Of a DNA stretch of 64,000 bases, positions 21,175 through 32,441 are shown in pieces. Each line of letters begins with the position of its first letter. Within the stretch, counting starts at the first letter, position 1. The DNA lies in assembly GCA_963422375.2 (NCBI GenBank), contig OY729428.2:352001-416000 (forward strand), given 5' to 3'. The stretch is from Bryobacterales bacterium (GTDB lineage: Bacteria > Acidobacteriota > Terriglobia > Bryobacterales > UBA6623). Position numbers and translations under genes: made by a program. Below the pieces are notes generated by a model. That model was not told where the DNA came from. It ran no database searches and saw nothing but the letters and a program-made list of their open reading frames with translations.

Positions 21175-22674
21175 GTGCCGACAACGCCATGTCCGACGAG
21201 AACTGCTGTGAGCAGGGAGGTCGGTGTCGAGCTCGGGTCATTCGAGTGCGGCCGCGGCAGGCACGGAGGGGTGGGATCGTATCTGAATCGAGCCTGCCAG
21301 CGGATTGGACGAGGAAGGGACTAGAGAGGCCGCCTCGCATGCCCCGGTGGAACCCGGTTGGCGGTGGCAGGGCACCCCTTGCAAGCCGCTTGCAGGCCCT
21401 GCGAGGGCCGAAGACAGCGGATCCCCGGCGCTCGACGGCCTGCATGGACGGTCCGGTCCGGTCCGGGGTCGCGCCGGGGCATTCCGGATCCGGTGCGCCC
21501 CTCGTACCGAGCGTGCAGCGCACCGAGCGTGAAGAGCGCGCCCGCAGCGGGCTGCCGCGCTCGGCGCGGCGGGCGCCGCTCGGGCCGCGACCGCGGCCTT
21601 GCCGGTCAGCTGCCGGCAGGTCAGCGTCCGGCCGACCAAGCCCCGCGCCATGCGCCGCATCCGTTCCGCCGTGTCGCAGTCGCGGTCGTTGCGCCGTCCC
21701 GCGAACTCCGTGAGGTAGCGGCCGAGATGACGGACGCTCATCCGGTGATAGGTTCCGTACAGGCCGCGCTCGAACAGGGACCGGAACGATTCGATGCCGT
21801 TCGTATGCGCTGCCCCGCGCACGTACTCGCCGCCGGAGTGCCTGACGGCTTCGTGCGCGAACTCCGCCATGCCGGCGTAGGCCGCCGCCTCGTCGGAGCG
21901 GAGCTGCGCGCCCGGCGCGACCCGGCCGCGCACGAAGCCCTGCAGGTCGCCCTTGGCGGTGCCCGGCAGCGGCCGCGCGGCCGCTGCGTTCGTGGCGCGG
22001 TCCCGCGCCCCCGCCACGGGCGTCTTGCCGACGGGCCCGCGCCCGGCACGGGCCTTCTTCCTCTCGTGCTTGTTGCGCTCCTTGCCGCCGACGTAGGTCT
22101 CGTCCACCTCCACCGGGCCGGCGAACGGGCCCCGATCCCGCTCCCGGCACGCGCGGATGCGGTGCGCCAGGTGCCGGGCCGACTTCCGGCTGATGCCCGG
22201 GTCGCGGTGCAGCTTCATGCTCGAGACACCCTTGATGCCGGTGGTCAGCAGGAACAGGGCGACGGCCCGGGTGCGGTAGCCGAGCTTGGTGTCGGCCGTC
22301 ACGCTGCCGGTGCGCACGGCAAAGCGCTTGCCGCAGCCGCGGCAACGGTACGGCATCGAAGAGTGGGCCGCGTCGGACTGCACGCTGGAGCCGCGGCAGC
22401 GGGGGCACGCGGGACCGTCCGGCCAGCGCATGGAGGCGAACCACTTTTTCGCGGATTCGTCATCGGGGAACATGGCAATCACTTCGATCAATGTGATGCC
22501 TTTACGGAACCACTTTCCGGGACCTGATTTCTTCATTTACGGTATCCACTACTGGAACTATTCTACCAAGAAACACCACAGAATATCAACGGAAAATCGG
22601 AAGAAATATGAAATCTTATTATGGCTTGATAATTTGCCGAATCGATTCCCTCGGCACTCAGATATATAATTCCC
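21158..22674 (-). mobile_element. ISNwi-group IS1595 element, copy B2 (transposase about 21580-22536)
   Basis: Perfect terminal repeats GGGAATTATATATCTGAGTGCCGA. TSD AATCGATT at 21150-21157 and, beyond nested A3, at 23716-23723. Motifs EVDETY, SDE, HTNGIESF. Confidence 0.93.
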
Positions 22675-22676
22675 AA

Positions 22677-23709
22677 CCTGATTACCAACGAACGTCAGCC
22701 GAGGATATGCTATACTGAAGGAGGTCGGAAATCTCTGATAGGAAAGGGGATAGCAGATGAAACGCAATCGCGTGCAATGCCAGAAGGGACTCAGCCCGGG
22801 CAAGTTCCTGCAGCGCTACGGCAGCGAGGGGCCATGCGAGCAGGCCGTCTTCAACGCCCGCTGGCCGGACGGCTTCCGCTGCCCGGAGTGCGGCTCCCGA
22901 CGGCACTGCCGCATCCGCTCCCGCAAGCTCTGGCAGTGCCATGCCTGCCACCGCCGGACCTCCCTCGTCGCCGGCACGATCTTCGCCGCCACCCAGCTGC
23001 CGCTGACCGTCCGGTTCCTGGCGATCCACCTGCTGACGCAGGGCAAGCACGGCGTTGCGTCGCTGGAACTGGCGCGGTAGCTGGGGGTCAGCCGGAACAC
23101 GGCTTGGAAGGTGAAGCACAAGCTCCTGCAAGTGCTGAAGGAGCGCGACGAGCGCGTGCCGCCGGGCGGCATCGTGCAGGTGGACGACGCCTACCGGGGC
23201 GGGGAGCGGAGCGGCGGCAAGCGCGGGCGCGGCGCGGCGGGCAAGACGCCGTTGGTCGCCGCCGTGCAGGTCGCCGCCGCCGGCCAGCCGTCAAGGATGC
23301 GCATGAGCAGCGTGGCGGGCTTGCGCAACAAGACGCTGGCAGCGTGGGCCGGGCGGCACTTGCAGCCCGGCACGGAGGTGCATTCCGACGGCCCGGCCTG
23401 CTTGCGGGGCGTGGCCGACGCCGGCTGCGAGCACGTGCCGACCGTCACCGGAGGCGGGCAGCGGAGCTGCGGGGATTCCCGCTTCTTCCGGGTCAACACG
23501 ATGCTGGCGAACGTCAAGCGGTCCCTGGCGGGAACCTGCCCTGCGCTCGACGGCAAGCACCTGCCGCGGTACCTCGCCGAGTTCCGCTACCGCTTCAACC
23601 GCCGCTACGATCTGGAGGCGCTGGTCGCCCGCCTGCTCCACGCCTCCGTGCGCACCCCGCCCATGCCTTACCGCCTCCTAACCTTGGCTGAGTCTTGTGG
23701 GTAATCAGG
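22677..23709 (+). mobile_element. IS1595-subgroup element, copy A3 (transposase with in-frame TAG at 23078-23080)
   Basis: CCTGATT ends; TSD ATTCCCAA (22669-22676 and 23710-23717). Confidence 0.95.
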
Positions 23710-23776
23710 ATTCCCAATCGATTCAGGCGCCGACCCACCCCGGTCAACGCGGAGTCCCCCGCGCCGAGGTCCCGCC

Positions 23777-25072
23777 TCACGTCGGCTCGGAGAGCCCGGG
23801 CGAGCGACGCTTCCGCCAGCGACTCCAGCCGACGACCGCGGCAGCGGACACGCATAGGATTGCGATCAGCCCCGTCCCGGTCGGCGATGCCTCCAAGCTC
23901 TCGGAAAACAGCCCGAGCACCCCAACCCGGTCTGCGGACCAGTGCCACGCCTGGTGCGCGGCCAGCGCGGAAAGGATGATCGTGCCGACCCGTTCGGGGA
24001 CGGCGTACCGAAAGAGCGCGGCAAGTGCCGGGACCAGCACCAGGAGCACGACGACCTGGCCCAGTTCGACGCCGAGGTTGAAGGCCAGCAGCGAGGTCAG
24101 GAAGTGCGAGCCGGCGAACTGCAGTGTCTCCCGCAGGGCGAAGGCGAACCCAAAGCCGTGGACCAAGCCGAATCCCAGCGCGAAGGCCCAGCGACGCTGC
24201 CCGGGTCCGACGATATTCTCGAGCGCCATGTACAGGATGGACACGGCGATCAGCGCCTCGATCAGCGGCGGAAACCACAAGGCGTCTGGCGCGACACCTG
24301 CGGCACTGGCGATCAACGTCACCGAATGGGCCAGAGTGAATGCCGAGACGATCCAGACGAGCGGCCCCAGCCGACGGAGGGGCACCACGAGGCAGAACAG
24401 GAACAGCAGGTGGTCCGGGCCGTCGAGAATGTGCTCAAAGCCGAGCCGAACGAAGCGCCACGCGGCTTGGGACCAGCTCGGGTCGAGCGGTACGACGCCC
24501 GGATCGCCCGAGAACTGATACGCGCGGGTAGCGCCGCTCGGAAGTTCGTAGAGCAGGGACGTGACCACCGTGCTGGCTAGGTGCGTCAGTCCCGGGCGGA
24601 GCGAGAAGCTCGCGTCCTGCGACCGGATCGGATACTCGAGCAGGACGTCTAGGAAGATCTGGTCCCAGACGAGGTTTTCCGAGTTGGCCGGTCGCGGCGC
24701 GGCGAGGCGGGCTAGAGCCCGGTCAAGGGACTCGAACGAGCGGTCCGAGGGAAGCGATAGCTGGGTCGCGACCACGGTCGGCTGCGGCAGCGGCGCGCGG
24801 CCCTCGTGCATGCGGACGAACGGCGCGATCCACTGCGCGGCAAGCCCGTCCAGCCGCGGGGACAGCGCCTCGATGTCAAGGTAGCCCGGCCCGAATTCCG
24901 GAACCTCCACGTCCCTCATGGACCGCAGCGGCACGCGCACAGCCGCCTGCAGCGCTTCGCCCCTTGCCCGCGCCAGCATCCGCACGACGACCTCGCTCGG
25001 GATCTCGTGGGCAGCGACCGAAGGGGCCGAGACCAGTGCCAGCAAGACCGGAGCGCAGCGGAAGCGGAACAT
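23777..25072 (-). CDS. HupE/UreJ-family membrane protein with N-terminal periplasmic domain
   Basis: Signal peptide then AHE; GFEHILDGPDHLLF, AFTLAHSVTL, FGLVHGFGF, FNLGVELGQ. Confidence 0.9.
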   Translation of the reverse strand: MFRFRCAPVLLALVSAPSVAAHEIPSEVVVRMLARARGEALQAAVRVPLRSMRDVEVPEFGPGYLDIEALSPRLDGLAAQWIAPFVRMHEGRAPLPQPTVVATQLSLPSDRSFESLDRALARLAAPRPANSENLVWDQIFLDVLLEYPIRSQDASFSLRPGLTHLASTVVTSLLYELPSGATRAYQFSGDPGVVPLDPSWSQAAWRFVRLGFEHILDGPDHLLFLFCLVVPLRRLGPLVWIVSAFTLAHSVTLIASAAGVAPDALWFPPLIEALIAVSILYMALENIVGPGQRRWAFALGFGLVHGFGFAFALRETLQFAGSHFLTSLLAFNLGVELGQVVVLLVLVPALAALFRYAVPERVGTIILSALAAHQAWHWSADRVGVLGLFSESLEASPTGTGLIAILCVSAAAVVGWSRWRKRRSPGLSEPT

Positions 25073-25139
25073 CGAACCAGTTGCTCACCCCTAACTTAAG
25101 CAAGTATGATGTTTCACGTACTGGAAGGGAGCATCCGAA

Positions 25140-26381
25140 ATGAAAGCTAGACTTGGCGCGATCGTCGCTGCCGCGGGAGCAACCCTCCTGCTGGCAGTCT
25201 GCTCCGCGCCCCCGACGGACACGGCAGCCACCGAGGGGGGCGACGCGGTCATGGCGCCCGTTTTCGAAGTCGATCCCCTCTGGCCCAAGCCCCTGCCGAA
25301 CCATTGGCTGCTCGGCACGGTGATCGGCGTGGACGTCGACGCGGAGGACAACGTTTGGATCGTCCATCGGGGCAGCTCGCTGGAGCCCAAGGAGCTCTAC
25401 GCGACATGGGATCCTCCGGCCTCGAAGTGCTGCTTCGCGGCTCCGCCGGTACTGGCGTTCAACCAGGCGGGGGAATTGATCGAGCACTGGGGGGGCTCCG
25501 GCGAGGGCTACGACTGGCCCGCCTCCAATCACGGGGTCGACGTCGACCACAAGGGCAACGTGTGGATCGGCGGGAACGGCCGCGGCGCCTCGCGGGCCGC
25601 GGCGGCGCTGCCGCACGACGAGAGCGCGATGGGCCAGGGCCGCGTCCACGACAGCATGGTGCTGAAGTTCGCGCGGGACGGCAAGTTCCTCATGCAGATC
25701 GGCAAGCCGTTCATGGGCGAGGGCAGCCACGATCTCGAGAACTTCAAGCTGCCGGCCAAGACGCTCGTCGACCCCGAGACGAACGAGCTGTACGTGGCCG
25801 ACGGCTACGGCAATCGCCGCGTCATCGTCCTTGACGCAGACAGCGGCGAATACAAGCGCCACTGGGGCGCCTACGGCAACGAGCCCGACGACACGCAGCT
25901 GCCGCCCTACAAGCCGGGCGAGGATCCGCCCCAGCAGTTCCGCACGCCGGTCCACGGCATCGCGCTGTCCGAGGACGGCATGGTGTACGTCTGCGACCGC
26001 ACCAACGATCGCATCCAAGTGTTCAAGACCGACGGAACTTACGTGAAAGAGACCTGGGTTGAGCCGAATACCCTCGGCGACGGCTCGACCTTCGACGTCG
26101 CCCTGTCGAGAGACCCCGAACAGAAGTACCTCTATATCGCGGACGGCGCGAACCAGCGAATCCATATCCTCGACCGGCAGTCGCTCGAGATTCTCACAAG
26201 CTTCGGAGACGGCGGGCGCCAGCCCGGGCAGTTCTACGCCGTTCATAGCGTCGCCACCGACTCCAAGGGGAACCTGTACACCACCGAGACCTACCACGGG
26301 CAGCGCGTCCAGCGGTTCATCTACAAGGGGCTGGCACCCGTCCCCGCGAAGGACCAAGGTGTCGTCTGGCCTTCGGACTGA
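25140..26381 (+). CDS. Secreted NHL-repeat beta-propeller (PAL amidating-lyase-like)
   Basis: FEVDPLWPKPLP, YVADGYGNRR, YVCDRTNDRIQVF, HSVATDSKGNLY; signal peptide. Confidence 0.88.
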   Translation: MKARLGAIVAAAGATLLLAVCSAPPTDTAATEGGDAVMAPVFEVDPLWPKPLPNHWLLGTVIGVDVDAEDNVWIVHRGSSLEPKELYATWDPPASKCCFAAPPVLAFNQAGELIEHWGGSGEGYDWPASNHGVDVDHKGNVWIGGNGRGASRAAAALPHDESAMGQGRVHDSMVLKFARDGKFLMQIGKPFMGEGSHDLENFKLPAKTLVDPETNELYVADGYGNRRVIVLDADSGEYKRHWGAYGNEPDDTQLPPYKPGEDPPQQFRTPVHGIALSEDGMVYVCDRTNDRIQVFKTDGTYVKETWVEPNTLGDGSTFDVALSRDPEQKYLYIADGANQRIHILDRQSLEILTSFGDGGRQPGQFYAVHSVATDSKGNLYTTETYHGQRVQRFIYKGLAPVPAKDQGVVWPSD

Positions 26382-26548
26382 ATCGAACGGCGGGGGTGGA
26401 CTCGGTCGGCGGCGCCTGAGCCGGCACTTGGGGGCGCGGACCTATTTCGCCCCGCGAATCCAATATTCGTGCGCGAACCCCGAGCGCCTCGGACTGCGTA
26501 GCATGCTTGCGAGGCGCGCTCGGCCTCTCGAGTCGAGCTGACTGGCGC

Positions 26549-27103
26549 ATGGAGGCGGGCTCCCGCAAGCTGCTGGACGCAGCGATCCAGGACCAAGAAG
26601 CCTTCGCAGCGATCATCGCGAAAACCGAGGCCATGGTCTTCAGTCTGGCGTTCACGTTCTTTCGGAATCGGGATATCGCCGAGGATCTAGCGCAGGACGC
26701 CTATCTCGACCTCTTCCGCAACCTGCACAAGCTGGATTCCGACTTGCATGTCGTCAACTGGCTGCGCCAGACGGTCACGCGGAAATGCATCGACCGCTCG
26801 CGGCGCAAGAAGTTTCGGCCGCACGTCGACCTGACCACGGCTCCCGAACCCCGGGTCGAGCCGGTCCAGAGTGACCCGGTTCTCGCGAGGGAGCTCGCGC
26901 TGAAGGTGGCCGAGCTCCCGCCCAAGATGCGGCTGGTCGTCATCCTTAGATTCCAAGAAGACTTGAAACTGCAGGAGATCGCGGATGCCCTAGGCATCCC
27001 AGTCAACACGGCTAAGACCCTTCTGCGCCGGGGCCTCCTGCGATTGCGGCCCAAGGTCCAGCACTTGAAGACGGAGGTCTGCTATGCGCCGGCAGGACGA
27101 TAG
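26549..27103 (+). CDS. ECF RNA polymerase sigma factor
   Basis: AEDLAQD in region 2, WLRQ, and region 4 EIADALGIPVNTAKTLLRRG. Confidence 0.92.
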   Translation: MEAGSRKLLDAAIQDQEAFAAIIAKTEAMVFSLAFTFFRNRDIAEDLAQDAYLDLFRNLHKLDSDLHVVNWLRQTVTRKCIDRSRRKKFRPHVDLTTAPEPRVEPVQSDPVLARELALKVAELPPKMRLVVILRFQEDLKLQEIADALGIPVNTAKTLLRRGLLRLRPKVQHLKTEVCYAPAGR

Positions 27104-27467
27104 CGGCTGCTTGGAAGCCGCGCTGCGACACGCAATGCCGCGGAGGCCGGCTCCGCCCGGATTCAGCCGCCGCGTTATGCGCGTGGTCCGGTCAGGGCCC
27201 CGCCTACAGCCGCCCCGCGGGCGCTGGAGGCGCTTAATCGTCCCGACCTTCTCGACGCGCGCCAGATGGACGCTGGCTTCGGGCGTCGCCGCGGCCCTGC
27301 TGGCGCTGACCGTGCCGGTCTGGCAGAGCCGCCCGGAGCCCGCCGGGTCCGCTCTCGAGGGCTCGGAACGCGAGCTCGCGGAAGTGCTGCACATGGCAGG
27401 CCTCGAATGGAACAGGGCGCAAGAAGCCGCCCTCTCGCCGATTCAGGAGAATCAGAATGAGTTCTAG
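27084..27467 (+). CDS. Putative single-TM anti-sigma factor
   Basis: Overlaps the sigma stop; PAPPGFSRRVM motif; one transmembrane segment. Confidence 0.6.
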   Translation: MRRQDDSGCLEAALRHAMPRRPAPPGFSRRVMRVVRSGPRLQPPRGRWRRLIVPTFSTRARWTLASGVAAALLALTVPVWQSRPEPAGSALEGSERELAEVLHMAGLEWNRAQEAALSPIQENQNEF

Positions 27468-28053
27468 AGCGTCGCTGCAAGGCATTTCGACCGGAGCACT
27501 GCTGGCATTGCTCGTCGTCGGCAGCCAATCGCCCGCCCGCGCGCAGGAGAGGGCTCCCCACGCGGCGCCCGACTTCGCCAGCTTGGAAGAGAAGGCGGAC
27601 GAAGTAGTCAAAGTCAACCTCTGGGGCCGGTCCCTCGACCAAGCGAGAAAGCTACTAGGGCTGCGCAAGAACGTAACCGGGCCGGTCAAGAGCTTCCTGG
27701 GCGGCCTGACGGCGGTATACCGTCGCACCTACCGCTTCCGCGACGCCCCGGCCAGCGAGGACGACGTCGAGCCGGTGCATCGGAAGCTGGCCGAGGACGG
27801 CTGGGTGCCGCTGATCGAGACGGAAGACCGCGGCAAGCCCGGATCGCTCTCGGTGTACTCCTACCACGCGGACGAAGCCGTCGCCGGCATGGCCATGGTG
27901 TCCAGCGACGCCGACGAGGTGACTGTGCTCAAGATCATGGGCCCGGTCGACTTCGACGCGCTCTCCGCCATCGGCAGCGGGATCGGCCTGCCGGTAATGA
28001 ACCTCGGCTCGACCGAGCTGGACAAAGTCCGCGGCGTGAGCGAGCCGCAGTGA
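27457..28053 (+). CDS. DUF4252-like exported protein
   Basis: Signal peptide, LEEKADEVVKVNL, VLKIMGPVD; third gene of the ECF operon. Confidence 0.65.
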   Translation: MSSRASLQGISTGALLALLVVGSQSPARAQERAPHAAPDFASLEEKADEVVKVNLWGRSLDQARKLLGLRKNVTGPVKSFLGGLTAVYRRTYRFRDAPASEDDVEPVHRKLAEDGWVPLIETEDRGKPGSLSVYSYHADEAVAGMAMVSSDADEVTVLKIMGPVDFDALSAIGSGIGLPVMNLGSTELDKVRGVSEPQ

Positions 28054-28056
28054 GGC

Positions 28057-30810
28057 TCAGCCGAGAGGCTCGCCCTCCGGGCTGAGGCGCCGAACCTCCC
28101 CGAAGCCGAGTTCGCGAACGCCGTCCTCGATCTTCGACAGGTCCCCGATCACGACCCAGACCATGCGGTCCGGCTGCACGATGGCCTTCGCCGCGCGCTC
28201 GATGTCCGGGAGACCGAGCGCCCGGACCGCGCTCGCGTATGTCTCGAAGTAGTCGTCGCGCAAGCCGTACGTCCTGATATCGAGAATGGCTCCCAGCACC
28301 GCGCGCTTCGTCTCGTACTGGCCGGGCAGCCGCAGCGTGCGGTTGCGCTGCGCCTTGGAGAGCTCCTCCGGCTGCGGAGGGCGCGATCCCAGAATGTCGC
28401 GCAGCTCCCGGTCGATCTCGATCATGGACTCCTTGGTCTTGTCCGTCTGGACCGGCGAGTAGGCCATGAACATGCGCGGGCCCCGGGCGTCGAGCAGCAA
28501 GCTGCGGGCTCCGTAGCTCCAGTGCTTGTCCTCGCGCAGGTTCATGTTGATCCGCGACGTGAAGCTGCCGCCCAGAATGGCGTTCATGGTCTCGATCGCG
28601 ATTTCGTCCGGGTTGTTGGTCGGCGGCGCGGGGAGGCCGGCGATGATGACCGACTGGACCGCGCCGGGCTTGTCGATTAGGTACACGGCCCGCTCCGCGG
28701 GCAGGTCGGCGTCGGTCGGCCGCAGCGCGGGCGGCTCGCCATCCCCGGACCACGCCCCGAGGCGCTCTTCCAACATGGGCTGGAGCCGGTCCAGGGGCAC
28801 GTCGCCGACCGCGACGAGCGTCGCGTTCTCGGGCCGGTACCATTCGCGGTGGAAGCTCGCGACGTCGTCCCGGGTGATGGACATGACCGACTCGACGGTG
28901 CCGCTCCCCGTCATCGGGGCCGAATAGACGTGCTCGGGGCCGAACAAGAGGCCGGGCAGCAAGCGCAGCCCGATCGTGAACGGCTGCGACATCTCCTGCC
29001 GGATGCTCGCGACCTGGAGGCGCTTCAGTCGGTCCAGCTCCTCCTGCGGGAACGACGGGCGCAGGAGGATCTCGGCGTAGAGGTCGAGCGACTCCGCAAG
29101 GCGCTCCGTCAGGGCCGAGAGGCTCACGGCGGCGGTGTCGAGAGAGGCCGTCGCGCCGATCCGGGCACCCAAGCGGGTCGCCTCGTCCGCGATGGCCAGC
29201 GAGTCGTACGCGGCCGTGCCCTCGTCGAGCATGGCCGCGGTCATCTTGGCGAGTCCGGGGATGCCGCGCTTGTCGGCAGCGTAGCCGGCGTCTAGGACGA
29301 GCGCCATCTCCACGGTCGGCACCGACCTCATCGAGGCGTGGACCACGCGCAGCCCGTTGGACAGCGTCACCTCGCTCCTGCCAGGGAACACGAATTCGGG
29401 AAAGCCCTCGGAAGACGGCAGGCTGGAGCGGTCGACGCTGCTCTGCGAGACCTTGCGCTCGGCCACCGGGTGGATTTCCAGCACGTAGGCGCCGTCGGAC
29501 AGGTATTCCGCGGCCGCCGCGCGGACGTCCTCGACCGAGGCGCTCTCGGCCCAGGCAAGCGATTTCTTGTAGTGCGCGGGATCCCCCGCGAAGACCTCGT
29601 TCCGGGCCAGGATGTCCGACTTGCCTCCGAATCCGCCGATGCGCTCGGCGCCCCGGATGAACCGCGCCCTGCGGTCCATCTTGGCCCTCGCGAGTTCGTC
29701 GGCCGCGGGCCCGCCTTCGAGGAATCTCGCCAGTTCCTCGTCCAAGGCCGCCTCCACCGCGACCAGGTCGCCTCCCGGCTGGGCCGTGCCCTGCAGCACC
29801 ACCTGGCCAGCGATCTCGTGCGCAGAGATATAGGCCGTCGCGCTCGTCGCGATCTGGTCCTCGTACACCAAGCGCTTGTACAGTCGCGAGCTCTTGCCGC
29901 TCGCGAGAACGTCCGTGGCGAGATCCAGCAGGACGGCTTCCCGGCTGCCCCACTGGGGCACGTTCCACACCTTCATAACCCTGGCCTGCGGCACGCGATC
30001 CTCGACCGTCTGGCGCTGCTCGCCCGTCCGGCGCGCGACCCACGCGCGGTGCCTGGCGACGGGCGGCCCGGCGGGAATGCTGCCGAAGTAGTGCTCGACC
30101 AGCTGCTTCGCCTCCTGCGCAGCGATGTCTCCGGCGACCGAGATCACGGCGTTGGCAGCGCCGTAGTAGGCCCGGAACCACTCGTGGACGTCTTCCAAGG
30201 ACGCCGCGTCCAGATCCTCCATCTCCCCGATCACCGTCCACGAATAGGGATGGCCTTGCGGGTAGGTGTTCTTGGTAATCAGCTCGTACGCGATCGCGTA
30301 GGGTTGGTTCTCGCTCTGCCGCTTCTCGTTCTGGACAACGCCGCGCTGCTCGTCCAGCTTGGCTTGGTCCACGGCGCCCAGCATGTTGCCCATGCGGTCG
30401 GACTCCATCCACAGGGCCAGGCCCAAGGCCGGACGGGGCACGTCTTGGAAGTAGTTCGTACGGTCTTCGCTCGTAGTGCCGTTGAGATTCGTCGCGCCGA
30501 TACGCTCCATTGCTTGGAAGTAGTCGTCGTTGAAATTCTCGGAACCGTTGAACATCAGGTGCTCGAACAGGTGCGCGAAGCCGGTCTTGCCCGGCCTCTC
30601 GTTCTTGGAGCCGACGTGGTACCAGACGTTGACGGAGACGATGGGAGCCTTGCGGTCCTCGTGGACGATCAGGGTCAGCCCGTTGTCGAGGACGAACTTC
30701 TCGTAGGGGATGTCGACCTGCGCGAGCAACGGGCGCGCGACCGCGCCCAAGATGCATGCCGCGACAAGAAGCTGGACGATTGCAACCTTCGCGTTGACGG
30801 CGAATTCCAT
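28057..30810 (-). CDS. M16-family zinc protease (insulinase/pitrilysin-like)
   Basis: GFAHLFEHLMF (HxxEH), NGTT..DRTNY, LREDKHWSYG. Confidence 0.95.
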   Translation of the reverse strand: MEFAVNAKVAIVQLLVAACILGAVARPLLAQVDIPYEKFVLDNGLTLIVHEDRKAPIVSVNVWYHVGSKNERPGKTGFAHLFEHLMFNGSENFNDDYFQAMERIGATNLNGTTSEDRTNYFQDVPRPALGLALWMESDRMGNMLGAVDQAKLDEQRGVVQNEKRQSENQPYAIAYELITKNTYPQGHPYSWTVIGEMEDLDAASLEDVHEWFRAYYGAANAVISVAGDIAAQEAKQLVEHYFGSIPAGPPVARHRAWVARRTGEQRQTVEDRVPQARVMKVWNVPQWGSREAVLLDLATDVLASGKSSRLYKRLVYEDQIATSATAYISAHEIAGQVVLQGTAQPGGDLVAVEAALDEELARFLEGGPAADELARAKMDRRARFIRGAERIGGFGGKSDILARNEVFAGDPAHYKKSLAWAESASVEDVRAAAAEYLSDGAYVLEIHPVAERKVSQSSVDRSSLPSSEGFPEFVFPGRSEVTLSNGLRVVHASMRSVPTVEMALVLDAGYAADKRGIPGLAKMTAAMLDEGTAAYDSLAIADEATRLGARIGATASLDTAAVSLSALTERLAESLDLYAEILLRPSFPQEELDRLKRLQVASIRQEMSQPFTIGLRLLPGLLFGPEHVYSAPMTGSGTVESVMSITRDDVASFHREWYRPENATLVAVGDVPLDRLQPMLEERLGAWSGDGEPPALRPTDADLPAERAVYLIDKPGAVQSVIIAGLPAPPTNNPDEIAIETMNAILGGSFTSRINMNLREDKHWSYGARSLLLDARGPRMFMAYSPVQTDKTKESMIEIDRELRDILGSRPPQPEELSKAQRNRTLRLPGQYETKRAVLGAILDIRTYGLRDDYFETYASAVRALGLPDIERAAKAIVQPDRMVWVVIGDLSKIEDGVRELGFGEVRRLSPEGEPLG

Positions 30811-30977
30811 GGGAGATCCTCGGGCGGCGCGCCCTCCGGAGGGTGCCGGGCAGCGGCCCGCATCCAAGTATGGCACGCGCTTCCCGCGTCCGGACCGCGG
30901 CGCCAGGGAGCGCGGCCCGCGCCGGCGATGGCAGTACCCGGGGCCCGCGCCTCGCGCGCCTCGGAGACGTCGGCCGG

Positions 30978-32441
30978 TTAACGCTCGGCTTGGTAGTTCG
31001 GGGCCTCGGTAGTGATCAGCACGTCGTGGACGTGCCCTTCGCGCAGGCCTGCCGTCGAGATCCTCGCGAAGCGCGTGCTGGTCCGCATCGCCTCGATGTC
31101 GCGGCAGCCGCAGTAGCCCATTCCGGCGCGCAGCCCCCCCACGAGCTGATGCACCAAGTCTGCCAGAGGCCCCTTGCTTGGCACGCGCCCCTCGATTCCT
31201 TCAGGCACCAGCTTGCCTACGTCCACGCCCCTGTCGTAGCGGTCGCTGCCCTGCTGGATCGCGCCCAGCGAGCCCATGCCCCGATACGTCTTGTAGGTGC
31301 GCCCCTGGTAGCGGACCGTCTGCCCCGGACTTTCGTCCGAGCCGGCGAAGAGGCTCCCGAGCATCACCGAATGCGCCCCCGCGCCGATCGCCTTCGAGAT
31401 GTCGCCGGAATACTTGATCCCTCCGTCCGAGATGACCGGAACGCCGGATCCCTTGGCCGCCTCGACACACTCCGCAACCGCCGTGATCTGGGGCATGCCC
31501 GCGCCGGAAACGATTCGCGTGGTGCAGATCGATCCCGGCCCGATGCCGACCTTGACGGCATCGACGCCCAAGCGGATCAGGTCACGAGTCGCTTCGGCGG
31601 TCGCGACGTTGCCGACGACAAGCTGTGCGTCCGGAAACGCCTTGCGGAGCTGCCCGGCCACTTCGCGAACGCGGCTCGAGTGACCGTGCGCCGTGTCCAC
31701 GACAAGCACGTCGGCCTTCTTCCTGGCGAGCTCCTGCGCTCTCTCTAGGTAGTCCCCCTTGGCGCCTAGCGCCGCGCCGACGAGCAGGCGCCCCTGGCTG
31801 TCCGTCGCAGAGTACGGAAACGTGCGCTTCTTCTGGATGTCCTTGACCGTGATGAGCCCCTTCAGCATGCCGTCGGCGTCCACCACCAGAAGCTTCTCGA
31901 TGCGATGCCGGTGCAGCAGGGCCTCGGCCTCCTCCAAGGTCGTGCCGACCGGCACGGTGATCAGGTTCTCCCTAGTCATCACGTCGCCGACCGGCAGGTG
32001 GAGACGCCTCTCGAACCGCAGGTCGCGATTCGTGAGAATCCCGACGAGCTTGTTTGCACGGGTCACCGGGACGCCCGAGATCCGGAAATGCGCCATCAGG
32101 TCGAGCGCCTCCTGGATCTTCCGGTCCGGGGAAATGGTGATCGGATCGACGATCATCCCGGACTCGCTGCGCTTGACTCGATCAACCTCCTCGGCCTGCC
32201 TCTCGACCGACATGTTCCGATGGATGACGCCCAAGCCGCCCTGCCGGGCCAAGGCGATCGCCAGCCTAGACTCGGTGACCGTGTCCATCGCCGCGCTCAG
32301 GATCGGAATGTTGATGGATATGCCGCGAGTTACCTGGGTCGCGGTATCGACTTCGGACGGCAGGACCTCGCTATACGCGGGCACCAAGAGCACGTCGTCG
32401 AACGTGAGCGCGAGTGGCAGCGGCTCGGTAACCATGAACAA
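30978..32441 (-). CDS. guaB: IMP dehydrogenase
   Basis: [19 protein letters not shown] pair, [23 protein letters not shown]. Confidence 0.98.
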   Translation of the reverse strand: MFMVTEPLPLALTFDDVLLVPAYSEVLPSEVDTATQVTRGISINIPILSAAMDTVTESRLAIALARQGGLGVIHRNMSVERQAEEVDRVKRSESGMIVDPITISPDRKIQEALDLMAHFRISGVPVTRANKLVGILTNRDLRFERRLHLPVGDVMTRENLITVPVGTTLEEAEALLHRHRIEKLLVVDADGMLKGLITVKDIQKKRTFPYSATDSQGRLLVGAALGAKGDYLERAQELARKKADVLVVDTAHGHSSRVREVAGQLRKAFPDAQLVVGNVATAEATRDLIRLGVDAVKVGIGPGSICTTRIVSGAGMPQITAVAECVEAAKGSGVPVISDGGIKYSGDISKAIGAGAHSVMLGSLFAGSDESPGQTVRYQGRTYKTYRGMGSLGAIQQGSDRYDRGVDVGKLVPEGIEGRVPSKGPLADLVHQLVGGLRAGMGYCGCRDIEAMRTSTRFARISTAGLREGHVHDVLITTEAPNYQAER

